Origin: Patescibacteria group bacterium
GTDB taxonomy: Bacteria > Patescibacteriota > Patescibacteriia > JAHIZJ01
NCBI GenBank assembly: GCA_041661625.1
Contig: JBAZUB010000003.1
Coordinates: forward strand, 69,004-133,003
Direction: 5' to 3'
Length of the DNA stretch: 64,000 nucleotides
Positions 26,087 to 35,938 of the stretch are shown in pieces. Within the stretch, counting starts at the first letter, position 1, and each line of letters starts with the position of its first letter. A program made the translations under genes and the position numbers. The notes beneath the pieces were generated by a model, which ran no database searches, was not told the DNA's origin, and saw nothing but the letters and a program-made list of their open reading frames with translations.

Positions 26087-29000
26087 TTACTCTTCCTCAT
26101 CTTCATCAATCGGCTCGGGTTTGACTCGGAAAATCTTAATTACCTTTTCCAGGCGCTCGAGCCAAGGCTGGGGCAATTTGGCCAAATCGATCTTGATCTG
26201 ATTTTCACCCAGCACCCAGTCGGGATTCATATCGAGCAATGACTTGATTTGCGGCGGGGTGTAAGTTTCGGAGAATTTGATCAACAAACGATTGGTCGGT
26301 ACGCCGTACTCAGTGCGCTGGACGGTTTCAATGCCGTCGATCTTGGTGTCCTGGGCGATAATTTTCAGGCGCAGTAACTGTTTCAAGTTCAACACATTGG
26401 GCGGCAATTCGCCGTACCGCTTGGCCAGATCCTGGAAATGCACTTCCAGTTGATCGATGTCGGCAATCTCGGTTAACTCGCGGTATGCCTGTAACCGCTG
26501 TTTCTCGTTATTGATGTAATCAGTCGGTATGGTGATGGCTACCGGCATATCCATCATGATATCGCGCAGGACTTTGACCGGCTGGCCCGTCTCCAGTTCG
26601 GTGACGGCCTGGTTAACCAAACGGAGATAGAGGCTCAAGCCCACCGCGTTAACCCGGCCGTGTTGTTCCCGGCCCAGGATATTGCCTACGCCGCGAATTT
26701 CCAGGTCGCGCATGGCCACCTGGAAACCCGAACCCAGTTCTTTGGCTTCCATCAATGCTTGCAAACGCTTCTTGGCCTCGCCGGTGACTTTGCGCTGCGG
26801 ATATAGAAAATAAGAAAATGCCTGGCGCTGGCCGCGTCCGATCCGGCCGCGCAACTGATATAATTGGGCTAAGCCAAACCGGGTGGCGTCTTCCACCACC
26901 AGCGTATTAACGTTGGGCAGATCCAATCCGTTCTCAATGATGCTGGTAGCCACCAGGATGTTGGTTTCATTCAAGTCAAACTCCGACATAGTCTTGGCTA
27001 GCTCGTTTTCCGGCAGGCGGCCGTGGACAATGCCGATATTTGCTTCTGGAATCAACTTCTTAATCTTACTGGCGGCCAGATTGATGGTTTCGACGCGATT
27101 GTGCAGGTAATAAGCCTGTCCGCCGCGGCGCAACTCAAACATCAGCGCCTCTTTAACTGTCTCATCGGAAAACGGCGCCAGCGCGGTTTCGATCGGCTGC
27201 CGGCCTTCCGGCGGAGTGCGAATCACGCTCATATCGCGCAAAGCGGCCAGCGCGAGATTGAGCGTGCGTGGAATCGGGGTGGCGCTCATCGTGAGCACTG
27301 GCGTACTGACCCGGATGCTTTTTAATTTCTCCTTATGCCGAACACCGAAACGCTGCTCTTCATCAACGATGATCAGACCGAGATTTTTAAAGTCCACATC
27401 TTTCGAGAGCAAGCGATGCGTGCCGATAATAATGTCGATTTCTCCGGTTTTTAGTTTGGCCACTGATTCTTTTTGCTGGGCGGCGGTTTTGAACCGGCTC
27501 AATGACTCGATAGCTACCGGAAAGTTCTTCAAGCGCTGCACGAAAGTATCATAGTGCTGTTGCGCCAAAATAGTCGTGGGAGCCAAAATGGCCACCTGGC
27601 GCTTGTTCATGACCACTTTGAAAGCCGCCCGGATTGCCACTTCGGTTTTGCCAAAGCCGACATCACCACAGACTAATCGGTCCATTGGCCGGGCGTTTTC
27701 CAGGTCTTCGTTCACGTCCACGATCGCCCTCATTTGATCGGGTGTTTCTTGGTATTTGAAGCTCTTACCCAGCTCCACCTCGGCCTGAGTCATGCGCTTG
27801 CACGGTTCAGTGCGGGCGTTTTGGCGCTCGGCGTAAAGTTTGAGCAATTCATCGGCGATCTTTTTTGTTTCAATCTTGATCCGGCGCTTGAGCTGGTGCC
27901 AGGTAGAATTTGACAGCCGATGGACGATGGGTGAGTCGGAGCCGATATATTTATCAATCTTGTAGGCCAACTCAATCGGCACGGACAGCTTGTCGTTGGC
28001 GGCGTATTCGAGTTGGAAATATTCCTTGGTGATACCATCGATAGTGTGCGTGGCCAAGCCTTTGAATCGGCCAATGCCATGGTCGAGATGGACTACGTAA
28101 TCACCCGGGGTCAATTCGGCGATGAAGCTGACGTCGAGGCGCTTGGCCCGGCGGTGGCTGGGCGGTTTAATGTTGGTTCTTTCACTCCGGCCATACAACT
28201 CATATTCGGTTATTAAGACGGTTTTTTCTTGGGCAGAAATGAAGCCCAGCTCCGGTGTCAGCAGGGGGCTAAGGTCGATATATTTTACGGTCAGGGGCGC
28301 TTGCTCGTTACGTTCTTTTTTCCAGAGCCGTTCAATATCGTGCGCCAGGTTTTTGGGAGAGTAGATATTCCAATGCTGATTTTGCCAGATGGCCAGTTGG
28401 TCGAGGAAGGCGTTGATGTTTTTATGAAACAGGGGCGCGGCGGCAAAGTCAAATATGTTTTGATGCTGACGCCGACCTGGTAAAGTGTGGAATATGATCC
28501 GGGGCTGTGCGCTGATCTCTTTTTCTATTCCCGACCACTGTGAGCTAGAGCGGGCGATATCGTCCGGGTCGCTGTAAATATGAATGTTCTGGCATTTGAA
28601 CGCTAGATCCAGATAATCGCGCAAGGAGGATTCGGTAGCGGTCTGGTCGATACGAGCCGGCAGAATAAATGCTTCACGAAGCAAACGCTGAGTTTTATTG
28701 GAGGCGCTTTCAATAATATAGATGTTTTCAATCGTTGAGTGGCCGAACTCAATCCGATACGGCCAGCTGGTATCGGGTGGAAAAATGTCGACGATATTGC
28801 CGCGGCGGGAAAAAGTTCCCGGCGCGTCCGCGGTCACGTTGAAATCGTAACCAATCAAAACCAGCTCGTGGGACAGCTGGGCGGGGGAGGTGATATCGTT
28901 TTTTGTTAACTGTAGCGCTTGTTTTTTAAATAACTCCGGTTTGACGAACGGGTGGGCCAGATATTCAACCGGTATAATCAAGAATGAATCTGTGCCCTCG

Positions 29001-29266
29001 ATCAGTTCCCACAGGCAGAGCGAGACATTATCCCGGCCGAATAGGCGCACTTTGCGATCATATCCCGCCTCTTTAAGCCAAGCCGTCAAAAGACTGGCCA
29101 GAATCTGTCCTTCGGCCAAATTACCGACATACCACAAAACCCGCCCGTCATTTAGTCTCGGGGAGCGCAGTCGTGACAATAAAAAACTTTTGGCGGAAAC
29201 AGACGAGGTGCCGGTCACGTGAAAAACGTCACCGGTATCCGGTTCCAGGATGAATTCCTTTTTCAT
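26087..29266 (-). CDS. mfd: Transcription-repair coupling factor Mfd
   Basis: 1059 aa. DVGFGKTEVAIRAAF helicase motif I, DEEQRFGV, and C-terminal TRCF domain. Confidence 0.9.
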   Translation of the reverse strand: MKKEFILEPDTGDVFHVTGTSSVSAKSFLLSRLRSPRLNDGRVLWYVGNLAEGQILASLLTAWLKEAGYDRKVRLFGRDNVSLCLWELIEGTDSFLIIPVEYLAHPFVKPELFKKQALQLTKNDITSPAQLSHELVLIGYDFNVTADAPGTFSRRGNIVDIFPPDTSWPYRIEFGHSTIENIYIIESASNKTQRLLREAFILPARIDQTATESSLRDYLDLAFKCQNIHIYSDPDDIARSSSQWSGIEKEISAQPRIIFHTLPGRRQHQNIFDFAAAPLFHKNINAFLDQLAIWQNQHWNIYSPKNLAHDIERLWKKERNEQAPLTVKYIDLSPLLTPELGFISAQEKTVLITEYELYGRSERTNIKPPSHRRAKRLDVSFIAELTPGDYVVHLDHGIGRFKGLATHTIDGITKEYFQLEYAANDKLSVPIELAYKIDKYIGSDSPIVHRLSNSTWHQLKRRIKIETKKIADELLKLYAERQNARTEPCKRMTQAEVELGKSFKYQETPDQMRAIVDVNEDLENARPMDRLVCGDVGFGKTEVAIRAAFKVVMNKRQVAILAPTTILAQQHYDTFVQRLKNFPVAIESLSRFKTAAQQKESVAKLKTGEIDIIIGTHRLLSKDVDFKNLGLIIVDEEQRFGVRHKEKLKSIRVSTPVLTMSATPIPRTLNLALAALRDMSVIRTPPEGRQPIETALAPFSDETVKEALMFELRRGGQAYYLHNRVETINLAASKIKKLIPEANIGIVHGRLPENELAKTMSEFDLNETNILVATSIIENGLDLPNVNTLVVEDATRFGLAQLYQLRGRIGRGQRQAFSYFLYPQRKVTGEAKKRLQALMEAKELGSGFQVAMRDLEIRGVGNILGREQHGRVNAVGLSLYLRLVNQAVTELETGQPVKVLRDIMMDMPVAITIPTDYINNEKQRLQAYRELTEIADIDQLEVHFQDLAKRYGELPPNVLNLKQLLRLKIIAQDTKIDGIETVQRTEYGVPTNRLLIKFSETYTPPQIKSLLDMNPDWVLGENQIKIDLAKLPQPWLERLEKVIKIFRVKPEPIDEDEEE

Positions 29267-29856
29267 ATTCTAAGGTAATGATAGCACAGTTCCTGTAAAG
29301 ACGCAATATTTATTCCGGAAAAAGCGTGCCCGGCTTCATAATCAAGCTGAAATTAGGCCAATCTTCAGGTGCCGGGCGCTTGACAAAAACAGCTATTATG
29401 CTAAGATGCCCCACTATGTGACTGGCCGGTCAGAATTGGTTGGCCGGTTTCTACCTGCAAGTGGCGAACCGGCGGTAACCCCTCCTTAACTGCCTAGTAG
29501 CCAATAAGTCAGGATCCGCCCGATTTCGGGTTTATTCTGCGCTTGCGGGTAGTGACTGGATAATCAAGGCTGACTGACTTCGGTCAGCGCGGCTGGTTCC
29601 AGAAGCAGTCTGGTCGTTCGGTTGGGTGGGGTAGTGATGGGAGGTTGATGTTTCCCCGGCATCTTGGGCGACCAGCCCTATTTCCGCGTCAATACGACGT
29701 ACGTGTTCATGGTTCTTTGCGGACATAATTAGGGGCGAGACCCCACATCCGCAGATATTCCAGCGTCTTACATTCTATGATTCCCGCGAGGATCTGATGT
29801 CGGGCGCTTTTCTTATTGAAAGTAAGAATTAAGAAGTAACAAGTAACAAGGAAGGA
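29267..29856. other. Unassigned 590-bp noncoding region upstream of mfd: candidate ncRNA or long leader with GC-rich stem-loops
   Basis: No ORF beyond 64 aa. Plus-strand sigma70-like TTGACA-N16-TAAGAT at about 29375-29405. Several long hairpins. No match found to tmRNA, RNase P or SRP signatures. Confidence 0.25.
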
Positions 29857-29874
29857 AGCTCCCGTAGCGGGAGC
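29823..29874 (-). terminator. Rho-independent terminator (hairpin GCTCCCG-TAG-CGGGAGC, with a T-rich tract on the minus strand) ending the lcp-der-pth-orf operon
   Basis: Hairpin at 29858-29874. The minus strand downstream reads TTCCTTCCTTGTTACTTGTTACTTCTT. Confidence 0.6.
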
Positions 29875-29960
29875 TAAAATGATTTATTAAAATAAATAGG
29901 AGAGACAGAAACCAACACATTAAAACCCATTGACGCTTAAAAACTTTTTATCTGTCCAAC

Positions 29961-30356
29961 CTATTTATAGATTACAGCGGCATCATTGATAGTAATCTGA
30001 TCGGTCACGTCTCCAATCTGATACCAATATACGCCATTACTTCCGAAAGCATAAGAAAAAACTTCGTTCGGTTCGATCATAACGTCATTATCCTGATTGG
30101 CAAAGTCGGCATGAAATCTGACAGCGTGGTCGGTTAAATTGCGCCACACGACCGTATTGGGATTGGAACACTGGCCACGATTGATTGTAAAGCCTTGCAT
30201 AGACAGGCCGTCTTTCATGTACAAGTTGGTGTTTTTGTATTCTTCGGAATTGAGCAGCCTGTAATCAATAGTAAACTTTTCTGCTTGTTTACAGCCATTA
30301 CGATCGGCAATTATTGACCACATAAATAACGTGGCTATAGTCGCTACAATAACCAA
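29961..30356 (-). CDS. Small secreted/membrane-anchored hypothetical protein
   Basis: N-terminal hydrophobic segment VIVATIATLFMWSIIA. TTG start in the track; an in-frame ATG at 30323 is an alternative. Confidence 0.45.
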   Translation of the reverse strand: MVIVATIATLFMWSIIADRNGCKQAEKFTIDYRLLNSEEYKNTNLYMKDGLSMQGFTINRGQCSNPNTVVWRNLTDHAVRFHADFANQDNDVMIEPNEVFSYAFGSNGVYWYQIGDVTDQITINDAAVIYK

Positions 30357-30411
30357 ACATGCCAGAAGAAATGTTCTATTCGGGTGTAACCTTGATATGA
30401 TTATTTAAACA

Positions 30412-30987
30412 TCAGTTAAAATGATTCATCGCCGTCGGCAGGCCCTGCTCGAGCGCGAGAATGATGGCTTCAACGGTACGGCCGACCAGCTCGGGCAATT
30501 TGGCGGCTTGTTCGGCTGACCAGGGATTGAGCACGTAGTCGCCGGTGTCGTTGTTCTGGATCAGGTGCTCGTTGTCCATCGGTCGAATGCCGAACTTAAA
30601 CCGCGGAAAGCGGTCAGTGCCCAGCTGTTCAATCACTGACATGACGCCTTTATGACCCGCGGAAGAACCAATTGCCTTTATTTTCATGGCGCCGAATTCA
30701 ATATCGATATCGTCATAGACCAGCCAGATATTCGAGGGATCGATTTTATAGTAGCGCGCAATCATACTGACGGATTCACCGGAGTCATTCATGAACGTGG
30801 TCGGCTTGGCCAGATAGATCCGGTGATGCTGGTGGGTGGTTTTGCCGAGTTCAGCGTGGAATTCCTTGTCATCACGCAGATCCGTGCCGAGGCGCCGGGC
30901 CAGGGCATCGACCACATTAAAGCCGATGTTGTGGCGTGTGTGAGCGTACTTTGGCCCGGGGTTACCTAGGCCGGCGATGAGTTTCAT
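30412..30987 (-). CDS. pth: Peptidyl-tRNA hydrolase
   Basis: MKLIAGLGNPGPKYAHTRHNIGF. Confidence 0.9.
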   Translation of the reverse strand: MKLIAGLGNPGPKYAHTRHNIGFNVVDALARRLGTDLRDDKEFHAELGKTTHQHHRIYLAKPTTFMNDSGESVSMIARYYKIDPSNIWLVYDDIDIEFGAMKIKAIGSSAGHKGVMSVIEQLGTDRFPRFKFGIRPMDNEHLIQNNDTGDYVLNPWSAEQAAKLPELVGRTVEAIILALEQGLPTAMNHFN

Positions 30988-32336
30988 TGTCGTCCTTTAT
31001 ATTGGGTAAAATTAAACTGCAGTGGCGCACCGGTAAAATCGAAGTGTGCCCGCAGCGTGTGTTCAATATAGCGATAGTAGAATTGGGGCAGACTGCCGGG
31101 CAAATTTGATTTGATCGTGAAGGTGGGCGGTTCGATACCGGTCTGGCTCATTTTAAGTTTGGCTGGCTGGGTACGCTTGGCGGTGATCAGCGGCGCGCGC
31201 TGTTTGCGCTGGAGCAGATCGGTGATTTCCAACAGGGCGGCCGGATCCACCCAGCGCTTCATGGCATCCTGCACCAGTCCGGCCATAGGCAGAAGCTTGG
31301 CGACATTCCAGCCCGACTTAGCGGATAGCGGCAGGATCGGCGCCCAGTTCAGGAATGGCAGAGAACCGCGAATTACCTCACTGATGGCGACGGCGGTTCG
31401 CTTATCTTTTGGGACCAAATCGGCTTTGTTAGCCACTACGACCAGGCCTTTATGCAGGTCGGCGATGGTTTGAGCCAGGCGCTTATCCTGGGCGCTGACA
31501 TTTTCGGTTAGATCCAGCATCAATATGGCTACGTCGCACTGCTTTATGGTCAGGGTAGTTTTGGCCTCGCTTTCCCGCTCCAACGGACTTTCCGGTCCGC
31601 GGGCATTGCGAATCCGAGCCGAACGGCGCAGGCCGGCCGTGTCGATCAAACAGTAGTCGCGTCCGTTGTTTTGCAGCAGCTCGTCATGCGATTCGCGGGT
31701 GGTGTAGGGCGTCGAGGCGACAATCGAGCGTTCCTCGCCCAGCAGGCGATTAAATAGAGAAGACTTGCCGACATTCGGCCGGCCGATCAGGGCCAGTTTC
31801 ACGGCGTCGACGGGCGGCCGGGGGACCAATGTCGGCTTCATATGCGCCACGATAACGTCGAGCAGGTCGCCCGACGACCGGCCGTTCAGGCCGGAGACCA
31901 TGGCAATTTCCGGCAGTCCCAGTTTGTGGTAGTCGGGACTGCAACGGCGCTCCTTTTGGGTGCTGTCGATTTTATTGATCACCAAGATAGCCGGCCGTTT
32001 CATTGCCAGAGCGGTACGAGCCGACTGCCGGTCGAGCGGCGTGGGATCAACTTTGCCATCTACCATCACCAAGACAACATCGGCCGTCTGCATCGCCCGC
32101 TTAATGTGTTTGTGAATATTCTGCTCGACTTCGCTATTGGGATTGGTATCAAAACCGCCGGTATCGATCAGCTTAAAGGCAATGCCGCGCCATTCCACGA
32201 TGGCGTGGTTGCTGTCCCGGGTCGTGCCGGGTATGGCAGATGTTATCGCTTGAGATTTTTCGATCAACCGGTTAAACAGGGTTGATTTCCCAACATTGGC
32301 CCGTCCGATAATAATTGCGTTGGGTAGGGAGGTCAT
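30984..32336 (-). CDS. der: GTPase Der (EngA), two tandem GTP-binding domains
   Basis: GRANVGKSTLFNRL and GRPNVGKSSLFNRLLG G1 motifs, DTGG, NKID/NKAD, and a KH-like C-terminal domain. Confidence 0.9.
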   Translation of the reverse strand: MTSLPNAIIIGRANVGKSTLFNRLIEKSQAITSAIPGTTRDSNHAIVEWRGIAFKLIDTGGFDTNPNSEVEQNIHKHIKRAMQTADVVLVMVDGKVDPTPLDRQSARTALAMKRPAILVINKIDSTQKERRCSPDYHKLGLPEIAMVSGLNGRSSGDLLDVIVAHMKPTLVPRPPVDAVKLALIGRPNVGKSSLFNRLLGEERSIVASTPYTTRESHDELLQNNGRDYCLIDTAGLRRSARIRNARGPESPLERESEAKTTLTIKQCDVAILMLDLTENVSAQDKRLAQTIADLHKGLVVVANKADLVPKDKRTAVAISEVIRGSLPFLNWAPILPLSAKSGWNVAKLLPMAGLVQDAMKRWVDPAALLEITDLLQRKQRAPLITAKRTQPAKLKMSQTGIEPPTFTIKSNLPGSLPQFYYRYIEHTLRAHFDFTGAPLQFNFTQYKGRQ

Positions 32337-32344
32337 AAAATAAC

Positions 32345-34087
32345 TTAATGGCTGTTAGTATTAGAGTTTCGGTTGGAGTTGGTAATTACGTTCTGATTTA
32401 CGGTCGCGTTGGCATTAGAATTCCGATTTGTGTTGGAGTTAACGTTTGTATTGGTATTTGAATTGGTATTGGCATTTCGATTGGTCACAGCTGAGTTGAC
32501 GTTCAGATTGCTATTCGTATTTAAGTTGGCACTGATGATGGTATTGGCATTAGTATTGGTTGTTTTGGATTTGGTCGCCAGTTGATCCGCGCCCAGCACA
32601 ATCACAATATCGCTAGTGGTCGATTGGGGATTCGGCTGTTGTTCGTTAACCAAGGTGGAGCTGGTGGGGTATGACGAATTATTTGTAACATTCTGCGACA
32701 GGTCTTTATTGGTGGGCACGACCGCCGGCCGTTGCTGGTACACTTGGGCGTGCAGCGTCTTTCGAAGATATTCCACCGTCGCTGGTTTCTGTCCCAGGGT
32801 CAGGTCATAGATCACCGTCGTTTTGGTATTGCGATCCTGGGTGGCTGATTGACTTGATATTGTTAAGCCAATATCGATCAGGTCGCTGGCAATGCGCTGG
32901 CTGATGGCGGTATTCTTGGTCCCGTTTTGGATCTCAATACGGGCCTGTTCCTTGATCAGCAAGCTGCGTTCAAATATCGTGCCGGCCAGATCTCGGATCT
33001 CGGAATAATTACCCAGGCCGGCATTAGGTTCGAGTAAATAGGCTCCATCGGTGCCGGTGGTAGTATGGAGCAGGCCAGTGGCTGAATTATCCAATACATG
33101 GGTGATGATCTGGCTCTGGTCAATGTCTTTCGTCAGGTCGACCAGACGCAATAATTCCCAAATTTCCATATCGGTTTTGAGATGCTGGCCGATGGTGTCG
33201 GTAATATCCATGATCTTTTTCGGGTTGGCCAACGTACCCAGCGACAAAGCCTTTTTCTTTACGGCGGAAATAATCTTTTGCTGCCGCTTGGAACGGGCAA
33301 AGTCGGAACCCTCGCCGTTATTGCCATGACGCGAACGGGCGTACTTCAGGGCCGTTTCGCCATCCATATGCTGGAGGCCGGCTTTGAAGCTGATGGTCTG
33401 GTAGCCGTAATTGGTCGTGGGATATTCATAATCGGTAAAAGCCTGGTCGACTGTCACGTCCACGCCGTTCAGTTGGTCGATCAGTTTCTTGAAGCCAGAA
33501 AAATCCACCGACCCATAATAGTCGATTGGCTGCTGTAAGACATCTTCCAGTATGCCGGCTAGTATCTTCTCGCCACCTTGCTTCGGGTCGGTTTGGTAGC
33601 CGAAGGCATTGGCATTGTTTATCTTACGCCAGCCATAATCAGGAATATTTACCACCAGATCCCGGGGGATGGACAGCATGGCCACTTCATTGGTCGACGG
33701 CTTGATGCTGGCCACAATGATGGTATCGGCCAGATAGGCGCCGTCATGTCCGGCACCGCCCATACCGACCAACATGATATTTACCCGGTCCCGAGATTCA
33801 CCCTCGATCTGCTTGTCATTGCTTGTCACCAGGTGTTTGAGCTGATCCAACGGGCTGCTGCTTTGCCGACTGAAGATGCCGCCATTGGAAAAAATAACCT
33901 TATACGAAAAAGCAAAACCCAAAATTACAATGATCGCGATAGTGTATAAAAAAATCTTCAACACTAAAAACGGCCAGCGCTGGTTTGGTTTTTTATTAGC
34001 GTTGGCGGCTGCGATGTTAGAAGCGGGTGGGGGAGTCGGCGGAGTCTCCGCGGGTAGCTTGATATCCAACTTTGTTTTTTTGGCCAT
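32345..34087 (-). CDS. LytR-CpsA-Psr (LCP) family protein with an about 60-aa N/T-rich low-complexity C-terminal tail
   Basis: N-terminal TM, VNIMLVGMGGAGHDGAYLADTIIV, LSIPRDL. The tail (NTNSNLNVNSAVTNRNANTNSNTNTNVNSN...) is encoded at about 32345-32530. Confidence 0.8.
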   Translation of the reverse strand: MAKKTKLDIKLPAETPPTPPPASNIAAANANKKPNQRWPFLVLKIFLYTIAIIVILGFAFSYKVIFSNGGIFSRQSSSPLDQLKHLVTSNDKQIEGESRDRVNIMLVGMGGAGHDGAYLADTIIVASIKPSTNEVAMLSIPRDLVVNIPDYGWRKINNANAFGYQTDPKQGGEKILAGILEDVLQQPIDYYGSVDFSGFKKLIDQLNGVDVTVDQAFTDYEYPTTNYGYQTISFKAGLQHMDGETALKYARSRHGNNGEGSDFARSKRQQKIISAVKKKALSLGTLANPKKIMDITDTIGQHLKTDMEIWELLRLVDLTKDIDQSQIITHVLDNSATGLLHTTTGTDGAYLLEPNAGLGNYSEIRDLAGTIFERSLLIKEQARIEIQNGTKNTAISQRIASDLIDIGLTISSQSATQDRNTKTTVIYDLTLGQKPATVEYLRKTLHAQVYQQRPAVVPTNKDLSQNVTNNSSYPTSSTLVNEQQPNPQSTTSDIVIVLGADQLATKSKTTNTNANTIISANLNTNSNLNVNSAVTNRNANTNSNTNTNVNSNTNRNSNANATVNQNVITNSNRNSNTNSH

Positions 34088-34286
34088 ACGTCAGCAAATT
34101 ATACTATAACCAGGGGGCAAAGTCAAAAGAAACATTAATTCACCGAACCCAATACATTGGATAGTGAAATCCTAATATCTAACTTCAAAATCCTAAATAA
34201 TATCGAATTACCAATCTCGAATATTTCAAACATTAAAAAAATCGAGATTGGAATTTGTTTAGTATATCGATATTCTAATTTCGAAT

Positions 34287-35231
34287 TTATTGCGGCACTT
34301 GCTTCATGCCCGCCTTGATGTCCGATAGTTTCATACCGCGCAGATTGGTCAGGATCAGGGCAATACTTAATGGCGCCAGAAAACCGATGGTACGGGACAG
34401 GAATACCACAATGGTGGCCGGTTCATTGGCAATGCCCAACTGGCCGTACAGAAAAAGCATCGACAGATCCATCGCGCCCAATCCCAGGGGCAGGAATGAA
34501 AATATCGCCGCCAGCGTGCCGATTGCCTCCACGCCGATGACTGCCAGCGGAGAAACGTGGACGCCCAGTGCCGCCAACGTGGCCCAAGACAACATCGCTT
34601 GGGTCGACCAGGTAGCAATGCTATGAAATGTAGTCCAACCCATCGCGCGTAATCTTCCGGTGGCGCGGGAATCGTGCAATTGCAGCAATGCCGGCCGCCA
34701 GCGTATCGGTACGAAACGAATAAACATGGAAATATATCGAAAAACCAGCAGCAAACCCAGCATCAAGAGTAATAGCAGGCTAAACAACCAAATCAACCTC
34801 GAGTCATTTAGCACGATATACACAAAAACAATCGAAGCCGCGCTTAAAAAAAGAAAATCGAATATCCGTTCAAAAATTGTCGCAGCCGTACCGGTTACCG
34901 CCGGGATAGATTTTTGATGCAATAAATATATCTTGCTGGCTTCACCCAGCCGTCCCGGCGTCATCATGGCGATGGCGATCGCGGTCATCTGGATAAAAGA
35001 CAGGTCGCGCCAAGGCAATCGGAAACCAAAATAGTTGGTCACGCTGCCCAGTCGGGCAATCTTGAAATAGAGACTGAATAAATAGGCTACAATACCCAGC
35101 AATAGCCACCAAAGATTAGCACTGCGAAAAAGACGACCCATCGTGGCATAGTCGAGCCGCGATAGAAAATAGATCAAAAAGCCAATAATAACTACGTTCA
35201 GAGCGATAAAAATTATCTTGGCTTTTTTCAT
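34287..35231 (-). CDS. UPF0104 / flippase-like (lysylphosphatidylglycerol-synthase TM-region type) integral membrane protein
   Basis: About 8 TM helices. MKKAKIIFIALNVVIIGFLIYFL start. ATG at 35231 preferred over the TTG track start at 35246. Confidence 0.5.
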   Translation of the reverse strand: MKKAKIIFIALNVVIIGFLIYFLSRLDYATMGRLFRSANLWWLLLGIVAYLFSLYFKIARLGSVTNYFGFRLPWRDLSFIQMTAIAIAMMTPGRLGEASKIYLLHQKSIPAVTGTAATIFERIFDFLFLSAASIVFVYIVLNDSRLIWLFSLLLLLMLGLLLVFRYISMFIRFVPIRWRPALLQLHDSRATGRLRAMGWTTFHSIATWSTQAMLSWATLAALGVHVSPLAVIGVEAIGTLAAIFSFLPLGLGAMDLSMLFLYGQLGIANEPATIVVFLSRTIGFLAPLSIALILTNLRGMKLSDIKAGMKQVPQ

Positions 35232-35346
35232 GAGAGAAATATTCAATTGATAGATGATACAAAAACGTTGTCAGTATATCAGCTAACCGGATATATAGCC
35301 ACGTAAGGGTGTCATCCGCCTTCGGTAAAGGGTCGAATATTGACAT

Positions 35347-35375
35347 TTGCAATTACTTAAAAAAAGTGCTATACT
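35347..35375 (+). promoter_or_regulatory. Sigma70-like promoter TTGCAA-N17-TATACT upstream of the tRNA-Val locus
   Basis: Read directly. Confidence 0.35.
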
Positions 35376-35491
35376 ATACCTACTTTTTGCGAAAGTTAGC
35401 CAAGAATTGAGAGTTAATTAGTATAATTGGTTAATTAGTTGATTAGGTTTCGATTACTAAGTTAGTTGCTTTCACAACGTCTTTTATTTAA

Positions 35492-35614
35492 GGGTGATTA
35501 ACTCAGTTGGGCCCCGCTTTGCGGGGCGGGCAGGAGTGAACCAGCCCATAGGGCGCAGTGAACGTCGGCTGCTCCGAGCGTGCGCAGGAGCAGACGCTGC
35601 CCAGGATAGAGCGC
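35492..35614 (+). pseudogene. Truncated tRNA-Val-like 5' fragment (GGGTGATTAACTCAGTTGG ... TAGAGCGC) with a 95-bp GC-rich insert in the D-loop
   Basis: 18 of 19 nt are identical to the real tRNA-Val 5' end, and the segment after the insert resumes with tRNA D-stem sequence. No anticodon, T or acceptor 3' parts follow. The insert (35511-35605) starts with the hairpin GCCCCGC-TTT-GCGGGGC. Confidence 0.55.
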
Positions 35615-35645
35615 ACCATTGAAATATATATCAATGTTTTTTCGA

Positions 35646-35722
35646 GGGTGATTAGCTCAGTTGGTTAGAGCGCTGTCCTCACACGACAGAGGTCCCTGGT
35701 TCAAATCCAGGATCACCCACCA
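35646..35722 (+). tRNA. tRNA-Val (anticodon CAC), 77 nt including CCA
   Basis: GGGTGATTAGCTCAGTTGGTTAGAGCGCTGTCCTCACACGACAGAGGTCCCTGGTTCAAATCCAGGATCACCCACCA. Cloverleaf checked by hand. Confidence 0.9.
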
Positions 35723-35861
35723 GTCTACGCTTATAGCGAAAGATGTCCACCGAAGCTTCAAGCGTAGGTGGACAAAAGTATTGTTTGTTGCTTTATCCAA
35801 TCATGATACTTCGGCTGGCGGGGCCCCCTAGGAATGAGCGCACGATTCACACCCGCCTGCC

Positions 35862-35938
35862 AAAGCACAGCGTCTGCCTGTCGGCAGACAGGGCAGACAG
35901 GGCGGGCGGGTTCGTGAGGTCGCCCCGCTAAGCGGGGC
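35862..35938. repeat. GC-rich element downstream of tRNA-Val: the 21-mer CCCGCCTGCCAAAGCACAGCG plus hairpin GCCCCGC-TAA-GCGGGGC, an inverted copy of the start of the 35511-35605 insert
   Basis: The 17-nt GCCCCGCTT(T/A)GCGGGGCG is shared, inverted, with 35511-35528. The 21-mer is shared with 16972-16992. CAGACGCTG / CAGCGTCTG is also shared. Confidence 0.6.

Noticed and set aside
29380-29760. tmRNA, RNase P RNA or SRP RNA in the long noncoding region
   Set aside because: No tRNA-like T-arm or CCA acceptor, no tag-peptide reading frame ending GCAGCUUAA, no AGGAAAGUCCGGGC P4 signature, and no GGAAG...AGCAGCC SRP domain-IV motif on either strand. Left as an unassigned candidate.
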